A stretch of 44,140 bases of DNA from assembly GCA_016840085.1 (NCBI GenBank), contig JAEOTA010000067.1, positions 1 to 44,140 of the forward strand. The letters are read 5' to 3'. Below, one piece after another: positions 1 to 8,865 of this stretch. Numbering within the stretch: the stretch's first letter is position 1; every line of letters begins with the position of its first letter. Source of the DNA: Promethearchaeota archaeon (GTDB taxonomy: Archaea; Asgardarchaeota; Lokiarchaeia; Sigyniarchaeales; SOKP01). Under the pieces are notes generated by a model that saw nothing but the letters and a program-made list of their open reading frames with translations, searched no databases and had not been told where the DNA came from. Made by a program: the position numbers and the translations under genes.

Positions 1-187
1 GAGTAGAGGAATGACACAAATGAAGGAGGAACTCCATGAGACTTACCAAAAAAGTTGAAAGAAACACAAATTTTGTCGAGTTGAGCAAAGAATTATATGC
101 TAGAACTAACTTTTAATGATCATACTCCTAAAGAATTAAAAAAAAGAAAAATAAAGAATTTTAATAAAAAATACTCCCTGAAAAATC

Positions 188-1633
188 TTGATAATCAGTA
201 TATTCATCATTTTAGGATGTTTTATATCGGTAATCATTTTAATAATAACAAATAAGTTAAATAGAGCAATTTCCTCTTTATTAGGAGCTGTAATTACATA
301 TTTTGTGCTTATTTTTATTGAAGGACTCGATTTTTCAATAATCGTTAACTTATTATTTGGTTCCCCGAGTGAAGGATTTGTAAATTTACATTCAATAATT
401 ATGATTATTGGAATGATGATGATTGTCCAAATTGCTCATGAAGCGGGGACATTCCAATTCATTGCTGTAAAGTTGATAAAATTATCAGGAGGAAAGCCTA
501 TTCCTTTGATGATAATATTTTGTTCTGTTACTGTTCTTATTTCAGCAATTTTAAATAATATATTAACGGTAATTATTATTATCCCCCTTACTATTACAGT
601 TTCAAGGATGTTAAACATAAATCCCTCTCCTTATATATTAACTCAAGCAGTATTAGTAAATATAGGAGGTACGATTTTTTCAATTTCTTCAATTCCGAAT
701 ATTTTAATAACTACTTATGCAAAAATAGAATTCTTAGAATTTTTTCTAAATATAGGCATAATATCTTTAATTGTTTTTGTGTTTACATTATGTCTTTTCA
801 TTTTAATATATAAAAACGAATTAAAAATTACTGAAGAAGGTGTAAAAGTATTAAAAGAATTCAATGTTTGGAATGTTGTTCAAAATAAAAAATTATTATA
901 TCAGTCTTTGATTTCTTTAATCATTTTGCTGATTTTACTGATTCTAGTCCCTTCTTTCATTATACCTTCTGATATAATTGCGTTAAGTATGGCTTTAATA
1001 TTACTAATTATAACCAGATTAGATCCTAAAGATATTATTTCTAAAATTGATTTTGAATTATTATTTTATTTATTTGGAATTTTCATTATAGTTGGAGGTC
1101 TAGAAATTACTGGAGTAACAGAGGTTATAGGGCTCTCAATTTTGAATATGGGAAGAAATAATTTTTATTTACAATTGTTACTTCTTCTTTGGATCTCTGC
1201 TTATTTAAGTAGTTGTATTGATAATATTCCAATTACCAAAGTGCTAATTCCAGTAGCAGGTAATATGGCTGAAAGCGCTTCATTAGTTAATAAAAATAAA
1301 TTATTTTACAGCCTTGCATTTGGTGCGAACTGGGGTGACAATTTAACCCCATTAGGCGACAATATCTTAGTAGCAAATGTTGCTGAACAAAATAAGCGTT
1401 CCATTAGTTTCAAATCCTTTTTTAAATTAGGCTTTATAACTACAAATTATCAATTAGCAATAATTTCAATATATTACACATTAATATTTAATACTCAAAT
1501 TGGTTTTATTATTTTAGGAACAATTTTTTCTGTGATAATTGTTATTTATTTAATATTTAAGTTTGGTTCTAATAATATCAAATCTCGAATTAATAAAATT
1601 TCAAATAAGATTAGAGATTTAATAATCAGGTGA
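188..1633 (+). CDS. ArsB/NhaD/CitMHS (IT superfamily, P-protein-like) anion or Na+/H+ transporter
   Basis: 481 aa with about 12-13 hydrophobic segments; motifs SAILNNILTV, NIGGTIFSISSIPNIL, SSCIDNIP and NWGDNLTPLGDNI are typical of ArsB_NhaD permeases; TTG start. Confidence 0.85.
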   Translation: MIISIFIILGCFISVIILIITNKLNRAISSLLGAVITYFVLIFIEGLDFSIIVNLLFGSPSEGFVNLHSIIMIIGMMMIVQIAHEAGTFQFIAVKLIKLSGGKPIPLMIIFCSVTVLISAILNNILTVIIIIPLTITVSRMLNINPSPYILTQAVLVNIGGTIFSISSIPNILITTYAKIEFLEFFLNIGIISLIVFVFTLCLFILIYKNELKITEEGVKVLKEFNVWNVVQNKKLLYQSLISLIILLILLILVPSFIIPSDIIALSMALILLIITRLDPKDIISKIDFELLFYLFGIFIIVGGLEITGVTEVIGLSILNMGRNNFYLQLLLLLWISAYLSSCIDNIPITKVLIPVAGNMAESASLVNKNKLFYSLAFGANWGDNLTPLGDNILVANVAEQNKRSISFKSFFKLGFITTNYQLAIISIYYTLIFNTQIGFIILGTIFSVIIVIYLIFKFGSNNIKSRINKISNKIRDLIIR

Positions 1634-1700
1634 AGTAAAAATAGTTTTTAAAAATATTGCACGAATTAAAGCAGCTTTACCAGAAGTCTTACATATCGTA

Positions 1701-2276
1701 ATGTTTTATAATCATGGTACTGTCTTTCAGACTACTTTTGAACAAGAAATAAATGTACCAAAATTAGGCGAGAACTTAGCAGAGTTTTTAAATCATATTA
1801 AAAATGTATATAGAATTTGTAATTTTAAATTAGATGATTATAAGAAACTAATTTTTGAAACTGAGGATATATCTGTTATAATTCTTAAACTTGGAGAGGA
1901 TAGTAATATTGCTCTATTTTTTAAAAAAGAAGAAATAAAAGATATAAAATTGAGTTCAATCAGACGTTATTTAACTAGAATAGAAGAATTAATAGATATG
2001 AATGAAAAAGAAATTCTCCTTCAAGAAATACTAGCTAAAGAAGAACAAGTAAAAAAAATACAAGATCTGCTACAATCTAAACAACAAAATATTCAACATT
2101 TTCAAAAAGAATTAAAAAATATGGATATTAGTGAACTCCAAGAAGAATCAAAAAAGGTTGAAAGCGAAATAAATTCTCTGGAAGATGATTGCATAAAATT
2201 AGAAAAAGATATAGCTAATATTAATGAGGAAATTCTACATTTAAAAGAAATAATTGAAAAAGATAAAATTAATTAG
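1701..2276 (+). CDS. Roadblock/LC7-like domain fused to a C-terminal coiled coil (true start probably upstream, ATA at 1641)
   Basis: Frame is open from 1626. The extension gives FKNIARIKAALPEVLHIVMFYNHGTVFQT, then a helix, then KKLIFETEDISVIILKLGEDSNIALFF, matching the roadblock a-b-b-a-b-b-b-a pattern. The last ~90 aa are heptad-rich in E/K/Q. Confidence 0.6.
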   Translation: MFYNHGTVFQTTFEQEINVPKLGENLAEFLNHIKNVYRICNFKLDDYKKLIFETEDISVIILKLGEDSNIALFFKKEEIKDIKLSSIRRYLTRIEELIDMNEKEILLQEILAKEEQVKKIQDLLQSKQQNIQHFQKELKNMDISELQEESKKVESEINSLEDDCIKLEKDIANINEEILHLKEIIEKDKIN

Positions 2277-2416
2277 GCTTTTGTTATAAATTTAAATATA
2301 ACAAATATTAGAGTTAAAAATCAATCATATATAAATTAGATTTAAGTATAATATATACTAGCGAAGAATCGTTCTAAAATTCATTTCTTTTTAAATATTT
2401 ATAAAGGTAATAAAAT

Positions 2417-3085
2417 ATGGATAATTTAATGCGAATTGAGAAAGAAGCTCAGGAAAATCGTAAAATAGCCCAACATGAAAAGGAAGTTGCCCAAAAATTA
2501 AAAATAAGTGCTTCAGCTGAAATTAAAAAATCAAAAGCTAGAGAAAACTTGATGAAAATTGAATATAAATTAGCAGATATAAAAAAAGATTTAGCAGAAA
2601 AGAGAAATATTTTAGTGAAGGAAAAGACAGAAATCAAAAAGAATAAAATTTTGGATTTTTCAGAAGAGGAATTAAAAATTGAGAATGATTATGCAACTTA
2701 TAACGCAAAAATAGCGAAAAATCAAAAAGAAATTGCTGAAATTAATAAAAAGATTGCTGCAGCTGAGAAACAAATTGCTGAACAAAAAGTAAAATTAGCT
2801 AAAGAAAAATTAAACGTGGCTAAAGCACGAGATCAATTAGCGAAAAAACAACTTGCTTACATCAAAGTTGCTCAAACTCAGGCTTCAGAAGAAAAAATTT
2901 TGAAAGCTAAAAATAATGCAGAAAAACAAAAAGAAGGACTAATAAAGCAGAAAAATGATGTATTAGAAGCTGAAAAAATACTAAGAAAAAGAGAAAATAA
3001 ACTTGCTGATTTAAAGAAAGAATTTTCCTTAAAGTTAGCAGAAAGAGAAAAGATACGGCATCCAGGGGTCATCGTAGCCGGATAA
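2417..3085 (+). CDS. All-helical coiled-coil protein, paralog of 4171..4827
   Basis: 222 aa rich in K/E/A with heptad Ala periodicity; shares NKLADLKKExSxKLAEREKIR with the 4171 ORF. Confidence 0.8.
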   Translation: MDNLMRIEKEAQENRKIAQHEKEVAQKLKISASAEIKKSKARENLMKIEYKLADIKKDLAEKRNILVKEKTEIKKNKILDFSEEELKIENDYATYNAKIAKNQKEIAEINKKIAAAEKQIAEQKVKLAKEKLNVAKARDQLAKKQLAYIKVAQTQASEEKILKAKNNAEKQKEGLIKQKNDVLEAEKILRKRENKLADLKKEFSLKLAEREKIRHPGVIVAG

Positions 3086-3213
3086 ATTTGGATATATTTT
3101 CCAAACCTTAGAAAATCCTTATTAACTGTTTTTTCTTTTAACTATTTTTTGATTTTGTTGTGTTTAAAATTATTTATCTGGATTTTTTCTTAATAGTTTG
3201 AAAATTTACCTTT

Positions 3214-3777
3214 TTATTTAAGTTTAAACTCCAAATGAATCAAATTTGATGTTTTTTCTTCCATTTTTGTTATAAAGTCTAAATTAAAATACTCTAATAA
3301 TAGATATTTATAAAATTTAGTAAAAAAATTCGAGAATATCTCATCTAGATCATGTAGGCCTCTAAAAATATATATATCATCTTGAATCTGAATATCGAGA
3401 GTGTTAAACCATTTTAATCCATTTTTGCCAAAAAAGTTTATCGAAATAGTAGCATATGCTTTCAAAGTTTCGTCATTCATAGTTTTAGCTACTAAAAATT
3501 TCATTATATTGGAGAATAGATCAGCGGAATCCTTAGCAATCATATTTAACTCCTCTTCATCCAATCTGGAAAGAATTTTGGAAAAAACTGTTTTAGATAT
3601 CATAATCATCTCGTTAGTTTGATTAAATAATTCTAAATTAAGCCATTGTTTAATAGCATCTTTTGCGACCAAACCACGAGTTTTATTATCCTGCTTTGCG
3701 AGTAGATCCAATTTATGAAGGATTTTTTCTGAAAGTCTAAAACCAAGGAAATTACTTTTTTTTGATTTTTTTGCCAT
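3214..3777 (-). CDS. Ribbon-helix-helix (CopG/MetJ-like) transcription regulator with C-terminal alpha/beta (possibly V4R/HNOB-like) domain
   Basis: N-terminal NFLGFRLSEKILHKLDLLAKQDNKTRGLVAKDAIKQWL fits the RHH strand-helix-helix pattern. Confidence 0.65.
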   Translation of the reverse strand: MAKKSKKSNFLGFRLSEKILHKLDLLAKQDNKTRGLVAKDAIKQWLNLELFNQTNEMIMISKTVFSKILSRLDEEELNMIAKDSADLFSNIMKFLVAKTMNDETLKAYATISINFFGKNGLKWFNTLDIQIQDDIYIFRGLHDLDEIFSNFFTKFYKYLLLEYFNLDFITKMEEKTSNLIHLEFKLK

Positions 3778-3868
3778 TTTAAAATCTTATTTACTCAGTT
3801 CTTTTTTAAAACCTTTATAATACATATGAATTGTTTTTAAAGTATTTAAAGTTGTCGACTAGGTGTGT

Positions 3869-3894
3869 TGTTTTCAAATGAAAACATTTAAATA
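3869..3894. promoter_or_regulatory. Perfect 8-bp inverted repeat (TGTTTTCA-aa-TGAAAACA) abutting a TATA box (TTTAAATA); candidate operator in a divergent promoter
   Basis: Arms at 3869-3876 and 3879-3886, TATA at 3887-3894, lying between the divergent RHH gene and the 3954 ORF. Confidence 0.45.
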
Positions 3895-3953
3895 TAATGT
3901 TATCTTCATAGCGAATTATAGTCTAAATATTTTAAAAATGGGAGGAATAAAAA

Positions 3954-4082
3954 ATGAATGAAGAAGAGAAATCAAAAAAAAAGAAGAAATATGATGAAGA
4001 TGAGGATGAAGATGAGGATGATTGGGATGATGAAAATGAGGACGAAGAAGAATTAGAAGATTATAACGAAAACTATAGTTAA
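3954..4082 (+). CDS. 42-aa basic-then-hyperacidic microprotein (not in the ORF track)
   Basis: Translates as MNEEEKSKKKKKYDEDEDEDEDDWDDENEDEEELEDYNENYS*; GGAGGA Shine-Dalgarno at 3941-3946; TATA box upstream. Confidence 0.65.
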   Translation: MNEEEKSKKKKKYDEDEDEDEDDWDDENEDEEELEDYNENYS

Positions 4083-4170
4083 TCCCTATAAATTCATAAA
4101 TTAATGTAATTATTTAATAAAAAGAAAAATAAAAAAAAATGAAATAAAGAAGATATAGAGGTGTGAATTA

Positions 4171-4827
4171 ATGGAAGAAGTGAAAAATGTTGAAAAATTA
4201 GCGAATGAAAATTCAACTATAGCAATGAATGAAAAGGATACTGCGAATGAAATGAAAGCGCTAGCAAAACAAGAAGTAAAAAGGGCTAAAGCAAGAGAAA
4301 TGTTAGCTAAGAATGAAATTGAATTAGCAAAAATACGAGAAAGATTGGCTGAGAAAACTAAGAAAGTTGTAAAGAGAAAAGAAGAAGTAAAAGATATTAT
4401 AAAATTTTCTGGAGATAATTTAAAAACTGAGAAAAATCAAGCTATTTACAATGAAAAAGTCGCTGAGATTCAAACAAAAATAGCTGAAATTCAACGAAAG
4501 ATTGCTAATGTTGAAACTGAAATGGCTGAGGTAAAGGTGAAACGTGCTAATAAAAAAACTGATGAAGCTAAAGGAAGAGCAAATTTGGCTAAAAAGCAAT
4601 TTTCATATGTTAAATTAGTCAATAGTAATGCTCCTGGCGAAAAAGTTACAAAGGCTGAAGAAACATATCTTAAACAGCAGAAAGACCTAACCAAATTTGA
4701 AACTGATGCGATGGAAATCAATAAAAATATGGTTGAAAAACAGAATAAATTAGCTGATCTTAAAAAAGAGTTATCAGAAAAATTAGCAGAAAGAGAAAAA
4801 ATCAGACCTGGAGGAATTAGTTCCTAA
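4171..4827 (+). CDS. All-helical coiled-coil protein, paralog of 2417..3085
   Basis: 218 aa, colinear with the 2417 ORF (KARE.L.K.E..LA, YN.K.A..Q..IAEI..KIA, LAKKQ..Y.K); GAGGTG RBS upstream. Confidence 0.8.
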   Translation: MEEVKNVEKLANENSTIAMNEKDTANEMKALAKQEVKRAKAREMLAKNEIELAKIRERLAEKTKKVVKRKEEVKDIIKFSGDNLKTEKNQAIYNEKVAEIQTKIAEIQRKIANVETEMAEVKVKRANKKTDEAKGRANLAKKQFSYVKLVNSNAPGEKVTKAEETYLKQQKDLTKFETDAMEINKNMVEKQNKLADLKKELSEKLAEREKIRPGGISS

Positions 4828-4865
4828 AGAACGATTTAAAAAAGAGAATAGAATTCTAAAAATTA

Positions 4866-4887
4866 ATTTTTTTTATTTTTTTTTATT
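4866..4887 (+). terminator. Archaeal-type poly-T terminator
   Basis: Long T tracts just downstream of the stop at 4827. Confidence 0.4.
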
Positions 4888-4938
4888 AAAAATGATATTC
4901 AACTGAGGAAAAGAACAGAATAAAATTTAAGGAATCTA

Positions 4939-5133
4939 ATGGTTGCCAGTTCCTTATTATTTTTAATTTGGGTTTCATCCGGGATATTAATAATTGCCTT
5001 AATTTTATTGATAATGTTTATTTTTGATGAATACAAGAATTCTTCAAATGGTCAAGGGTTATCTATTATTCTAATATGTATTATAATCATTTTCTTATTA
5101 ACACTAATTATCGGAATGTTTCAAGAATTATAA
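4939..5133 (+). CDS. Small two-TM membrane protein
   Basis: 64 aa, two hydrophobic helices separated by DEYKNSSNGQG; AAGGA upstream. Confidence 0.5.
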   Translation: MVASSLLFLIWVSSGILIIALILLIMFIFDEYKNSSNGQGLSIILICIIIIFLLTLIIGMFQEL

Positions 5134-5347
5134 ACATAAAATTATTATTTCTAGGATGAAATTAAAGAAAGATTAATAGATTGAAGAGTATAAACTTAAT
5201 ATTCTCTTTTTTAATTTCATATTAATTATATTAAAGCATTTTTAGATTTATTTAACAAATTTTTTAATTTACTTTTAATAGATCTAAATATTACGATAAA
5301 AAATTACAAGTTTATTAAATATTAAAATTTAGGAAGTGGAATTGATA

Positions 5348-6232
5348 ATGGCTAAGGCAGAAGAATATAAAATGTTCCAAGGCTGCGTTATTGGCAACAG
5401 AATTCCTTTTATTGAAGCCTCTGCTAGAAAAGTATTTAATACACTCGGCATAAAAACATCTGATGCAGCATTTGCATGTTGTCCAGATCCAGTTGGATTC
5501 AATAGTACTGATCATCTAAGCTGGGTGGCAATGGGTGCTAGAAATCTTACTCTTGCTGAAGATGAAGGAAAAGATATCATTTCATTATGTAACGGATGTT
5601 TTCAAACATTAAAACTTGTTAATGAAGAACTGAAGTATGATAATCATGAAAAAGATAACATCAACAAAATCTTAAAAACAGTTGGCAAAGAATTCAAAGG
5701 TACTATTAATGTGAAGCATTTTGTAGAAGTATTACATGAGAAAATTGATAAAATAAAGGAGAATATTAAAAATGAACTGAGTGGGATGAAAGTGGCTTGC
5801 CATACTGGATGTCACTATAACAGACCATCTGAAAAAATGCAAACAGATGATCCAATGAAACCTGTTAAGCTAAGAGAAATTGTTGAAGCAACAGGAGCAA
5901 CTCCAGTTGATTATGAAGAAGAAATGCTATGTTGTGGTTCTGGAGTTGGGAATTCAGAAGAAGAACCAGCAATGCTGATATTGGCAAACAAATTGACAAG
6001 CGCAATGAATGCTGGCGCAGAAGCAATGATTGTAAACTGTCCAGCGTGTTTTCAACAATTTGACAACAACCAAAAAAAGGCAGGAGAAGTAGGTGGTAAA
6101 ACTTTTGGTATTCCTGTTTTATATATAACTGAATTACTATCTCTCGCTTTTGGTGAAAAACCTGACGATTTAGGTTTAAAATTCCATCGCACCAGATTAA
6201 CAGCTTTTTTAGAAAAATATGGTTTTAAATAA
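5348..6232 (+). CDS. hdrB: Heterodisulfide reductase subunit B family (two CCG domains)
   Basis: QGC...ACCPDP...LCNGCF and HTGCH...CCGSG...NCPACFQQFD; ATG at 5348 preferred over GTG at 5336. Confidence 0.9.
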   Translation: MAKAEEYKMFQGCVIGNRIPFIEASARKVFNTLGIKTSDAAFACCPDPVGFNSTDHLSWVAMGARNLTLAEDEGKDIISLCNGCFQTLKLVNEELKYDNHEKDNINKILKTVGKEFKGTINVKHFVEVLHEKIDKIKENIKNELSGMKVACHTGCHYNRPSEKMQTDDPMKPVKLREIVEATGATPVDYEEEMLCCGSGVGNSEEEPAMLILANKLTSAMNAGAEAMIVNCPACFQQFDNNQKKAGEVGGKTFGIPVLYITELLSLAFGEKPDDLGLKFHRTRLTAFLEKYGFK

Positions 6233-6355
6233 TTTCTCAAAAACACTTACTCATTTTATTAAACTCTACTTTTTTACATTTAGAATTAAATAACATATTT
6301 TATTTATTCCCAATAGTAAGATTTATTTAAAACTATCTTTAAGATATTTGAAATT

Positions 6356-7594
6356 ATGTCTTCAGAATTTGAAAAAAATTTGGATAAATATGCTGAAGTA
6401 ATTCTTAAAGTTACCCTAAATTTACAATCTGGACAAAAATTACTGATAACTTCTGCCCCACTTGAGTTAGCTCCTTTAGTACGATTAATTGTTAAAAAAG
6501 CATATCAAATTGGAGCACGATTAGTTAGTGTATTATGGGATGATGAACAATTAATATTAACTCGTTTTCAACACGCCCCCCGAGATTCATTTAATGAATA
6601 TCCAGTATGGCGAATAAATTCGATTTTAGAAGTGATTAATGAAGGGGGAGCTATATTAAGTTTTGATAATGAGACCCCTGACTTGCTAATGAATCAAGAT
6701 CCCAAATTAATAATGACTAGCCAACAATCATATTTCAAAAATATCAAACCAGTTTTAGACAAAATTTTTAAGAATGAGTCTAATTGGGCTGTTATAGCTG
6801 CTCCTATAGACGGATGGGCAAAAAAACTATTTCCTAACCTTTCTTATGATGATAGAATAAAAAAATTATGGGATATTATTTTTGATATTTGTCGTGTGAA
6901 ATATGAAGATCCCGTCTCAGTTTGGAAACAACATGCTATGCAACTCTTAGAAAGATGTAAATATCTCAATAAAAAACAGTATAAAGCATTAAAACTCATT
7001 GCACCAGGAATTGATCTGAAAATTGGATTACCAAAAGATCATATTTGGTTAGGAGGGTATGATTATACTCCAAATGGAATTAAATTCACAGCAAATATTC
7101 CAACTGAAGAAGTTTTTACTATGCCTCATAAAGATAAAACAGAAGGTGTTGTAACCGCGACCAAGCCCTTATATTTTGATGGTAATCAAATTGAAAATTT
7201 CAAATTAAAATTCTCTAAAGGCGAAGTTATTGAAGTAACTGCTAGTAAAGGAGAGGAATTTCTGAAAGAACTAATAAAAACTGATCAAGGCGCAAAAAGA
7301 TTAGGGGAAATAGCACTTGTTCCAAATACTTCTCCAGTTTCCCAATCAAACTTAGTATTTTACAATATTCTCGTAGATGAGAATGCTTCAAATCATATTG
7401 CACTAGGTCGAGCTTATAAAACTAATATAAAAAACGGTCAAACTATATCAGATGATGAATTTTTAACAGCAGGAGGTAATTATAGTCTTATACATATCGA
7501 TTTTATGATTGGTTCTGATAAAATGAATGTTAATGGGATTTTAGAAGATGGATCAGTTGAACCCGTAATGCAAAATGGAGAATGGGCATTTTAA
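6356..7594 (+). CDS. M29 family aminopeptidase (aminopeptidase T/II/PepS)
   Basis: ANIPTEEVFTMP, LGEIALV, DENASNHIALGRAY and HIDFMIGS motifs. Confidence 0.93.
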   Translation: MSSEFEKNLDKYAEVILKVTLNLQSGQKLLITSAPLELAPLVRLIVKKAYQIGARLVSVLWDDEQLILTRFQHAPRDSFNEYPVWRINSILEVINEGGAILSFDNETPDLLMNQDPKLIMTSQQSYFKNIKPVLDKIFKNESNWAVIAAPIDGWAKKLFPNLSYDDRIKKLWDIIFDICRVKYEDPVSVWKQHAMQLLERCKYLNKKQYKALKLIAPGIDLKIGLPKDHIWLGGYDYTPNGIKFTANIPTEEVFTMPHKDKTEGVVTATKPLYFDGNQIENFKLKFSKGEVIEVTASKGEEFLKELIKTDQGAKRLGEIALVPNTSPVSQSNLVFYNILVDENASNHIALGRAYKTNIKNGQTISDDEFLTAGGNYSLIHIDFMIGSDKMNVNGILEDGSVEPVMQNGEWAF

Positions 7595-7597
7595 ATT

Positions 7598-8761
7598 TTA
7601 CTTAATTAACGATTCTATATCAGCCAATATATTTACAGGGACTTTCTTTAATAATACTTGAGCTGATTTTGGATTTCCTCCTCCTTTCCCACCATATTTA
7701 TTAATTAAGTTATTTAAAATTTTACTAGCATCTATAGATTCACTTAGAGATAATAATCTGATTTTATTAGTTTGCATCTTTACAATAATGAGTGAATTTA
7801 AGGGAAATTGATCTAATACTTTATTTAAAATCTTTAAGTCAATATTAAAGTCAATTACAAAGAGAGAGATATTATTTATTATTAAAATAGGTGATTTTGA
7901 GATAATCTTTAAAAATTCAAATGTTAATTCCTTATATTGTCTTTGAAGGTTATTAATAAATTGTAAACGGTTATTAATATTTTCTTTTAATTTGACAATG
8001 GATGTGTTTAGTTCGTTAGAAAGATTAATAATATCAACGTTGTTATTAGATAATACTAAGTATGCTTTATTTCCTACAAAATATCTTATCTCATTTCCTC
8101 TTTTAAATTCATAGATGAAAATATTACCAATTTCTGCTGTATTTTGAACGTGAGTTCCACCACAACATACTAAATCTAAATTTTCGATTTCAATTAAACG
8201 TATTTGAGGTTCTCTAGGAATTGTACTTCTAATTTTTTCAGACATCTTTTCAGCTTCTTCATGTTTAACTATTTTTGCTTTTATCTTTAAGTTATTGGAA
8301 GTACAAATCTTATTAACTTCAATTAAGATTTCCTTAAATTGATTATAATCTATTTTTTGAGATATTTTAAGAAATACTTCTTCAAAACTTAGATTTGCAC
8401 GTTCAGTATCAATATTATACTTATTTTTAAAAACTGCTGAGAAAATGTGTTGAGAAGTATGAGCTTTCATTATACCATAACGATTTTCCCAATCAATTTC
8501 CCCCTTAACCTGATCTCCAATATTAATTTTATCTTTAAAATCAGAAGAAATTTCATGCAAAATATCGTCTCCATCTTTAATAACGTACTTTACTTCAATT
8601 CTTAGATTATTAATGCTTAAATATCCACGATCACTCAATTGATTCCCACTTTCGGGATAAAATAAAGTTTTATCGAGAATAATTCCGTTTTCTTTAATTG
8701 ATTTTACTTCAGCTACAAATTTGGTTTCATAAGGAGTTTCCCAATATAATTTTTTAGTCAT
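7598..8761 (-). CDS. Alanyl-tRNA editing protein AlaX-L (editing domain + C-terminal DHHA1/C-Ala)
   Basis: TKKLYWETPY, TLFYPESGNQLSDRG, HTSQH and CGGTHV zinc motifs, C-terminal YGGKGGGNPKSAQ. Confidence 0.88.
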   Translation of the reverse strand: MTKKLYWETPYETKFVAEVKSIKENGIILDKTLFYPESGNQLSDRGYLSINNLRIEVKYVIKDGDDILHEISSDFKDKINIGDQVKGEIDWENRYGIMKAHTSQHIFSAVFKNKYNIDTERANLSFEEVFLKISQKIDYNQFKEILIEVNKICTSNNLKIKAKIVKHEEAEKMSEKIRSTIPREPQIRLIEIENLDLVCCGGTHVQNTAEIGNIFIYEFKRGNEIRYFVGNKAYLVLSNNNVDIINLSNELNTSIVKLKENINNRLQFINNLQRQYKELTFEFLKIISKSPILIINNISLFVIDFNIDLKILNKVLDQFPLNSLIIVKMQTNKIRLLSLSESIDASKILNNLINKYGGKGGGNPKSAQVLLKKVPVNILADIESLIK

Positions 8762-8865
8762 TACTTAACATCGCTTAAAAAGATTAATATGAGATTATAT
8801 CAATTAATATTCTAACATATTTCAAATTATAAGATACTTAAAATATTGTAGTGACTCGATTTTAG

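Noticed and set aside
1-187. Possible gene end (2-58) or 26-aa ORF (36-116, GGAGGA upstream) at the left edge
   Set aside because: Several frames are equally plausible and too short to call without flanking sequence
2417-4827. SMC/Rad50 or gas-vesicle assignment for the coiled-coil proteins
   Set aside because: No Walker motifs, hinge or hook, and no gvpA-like gene nearby
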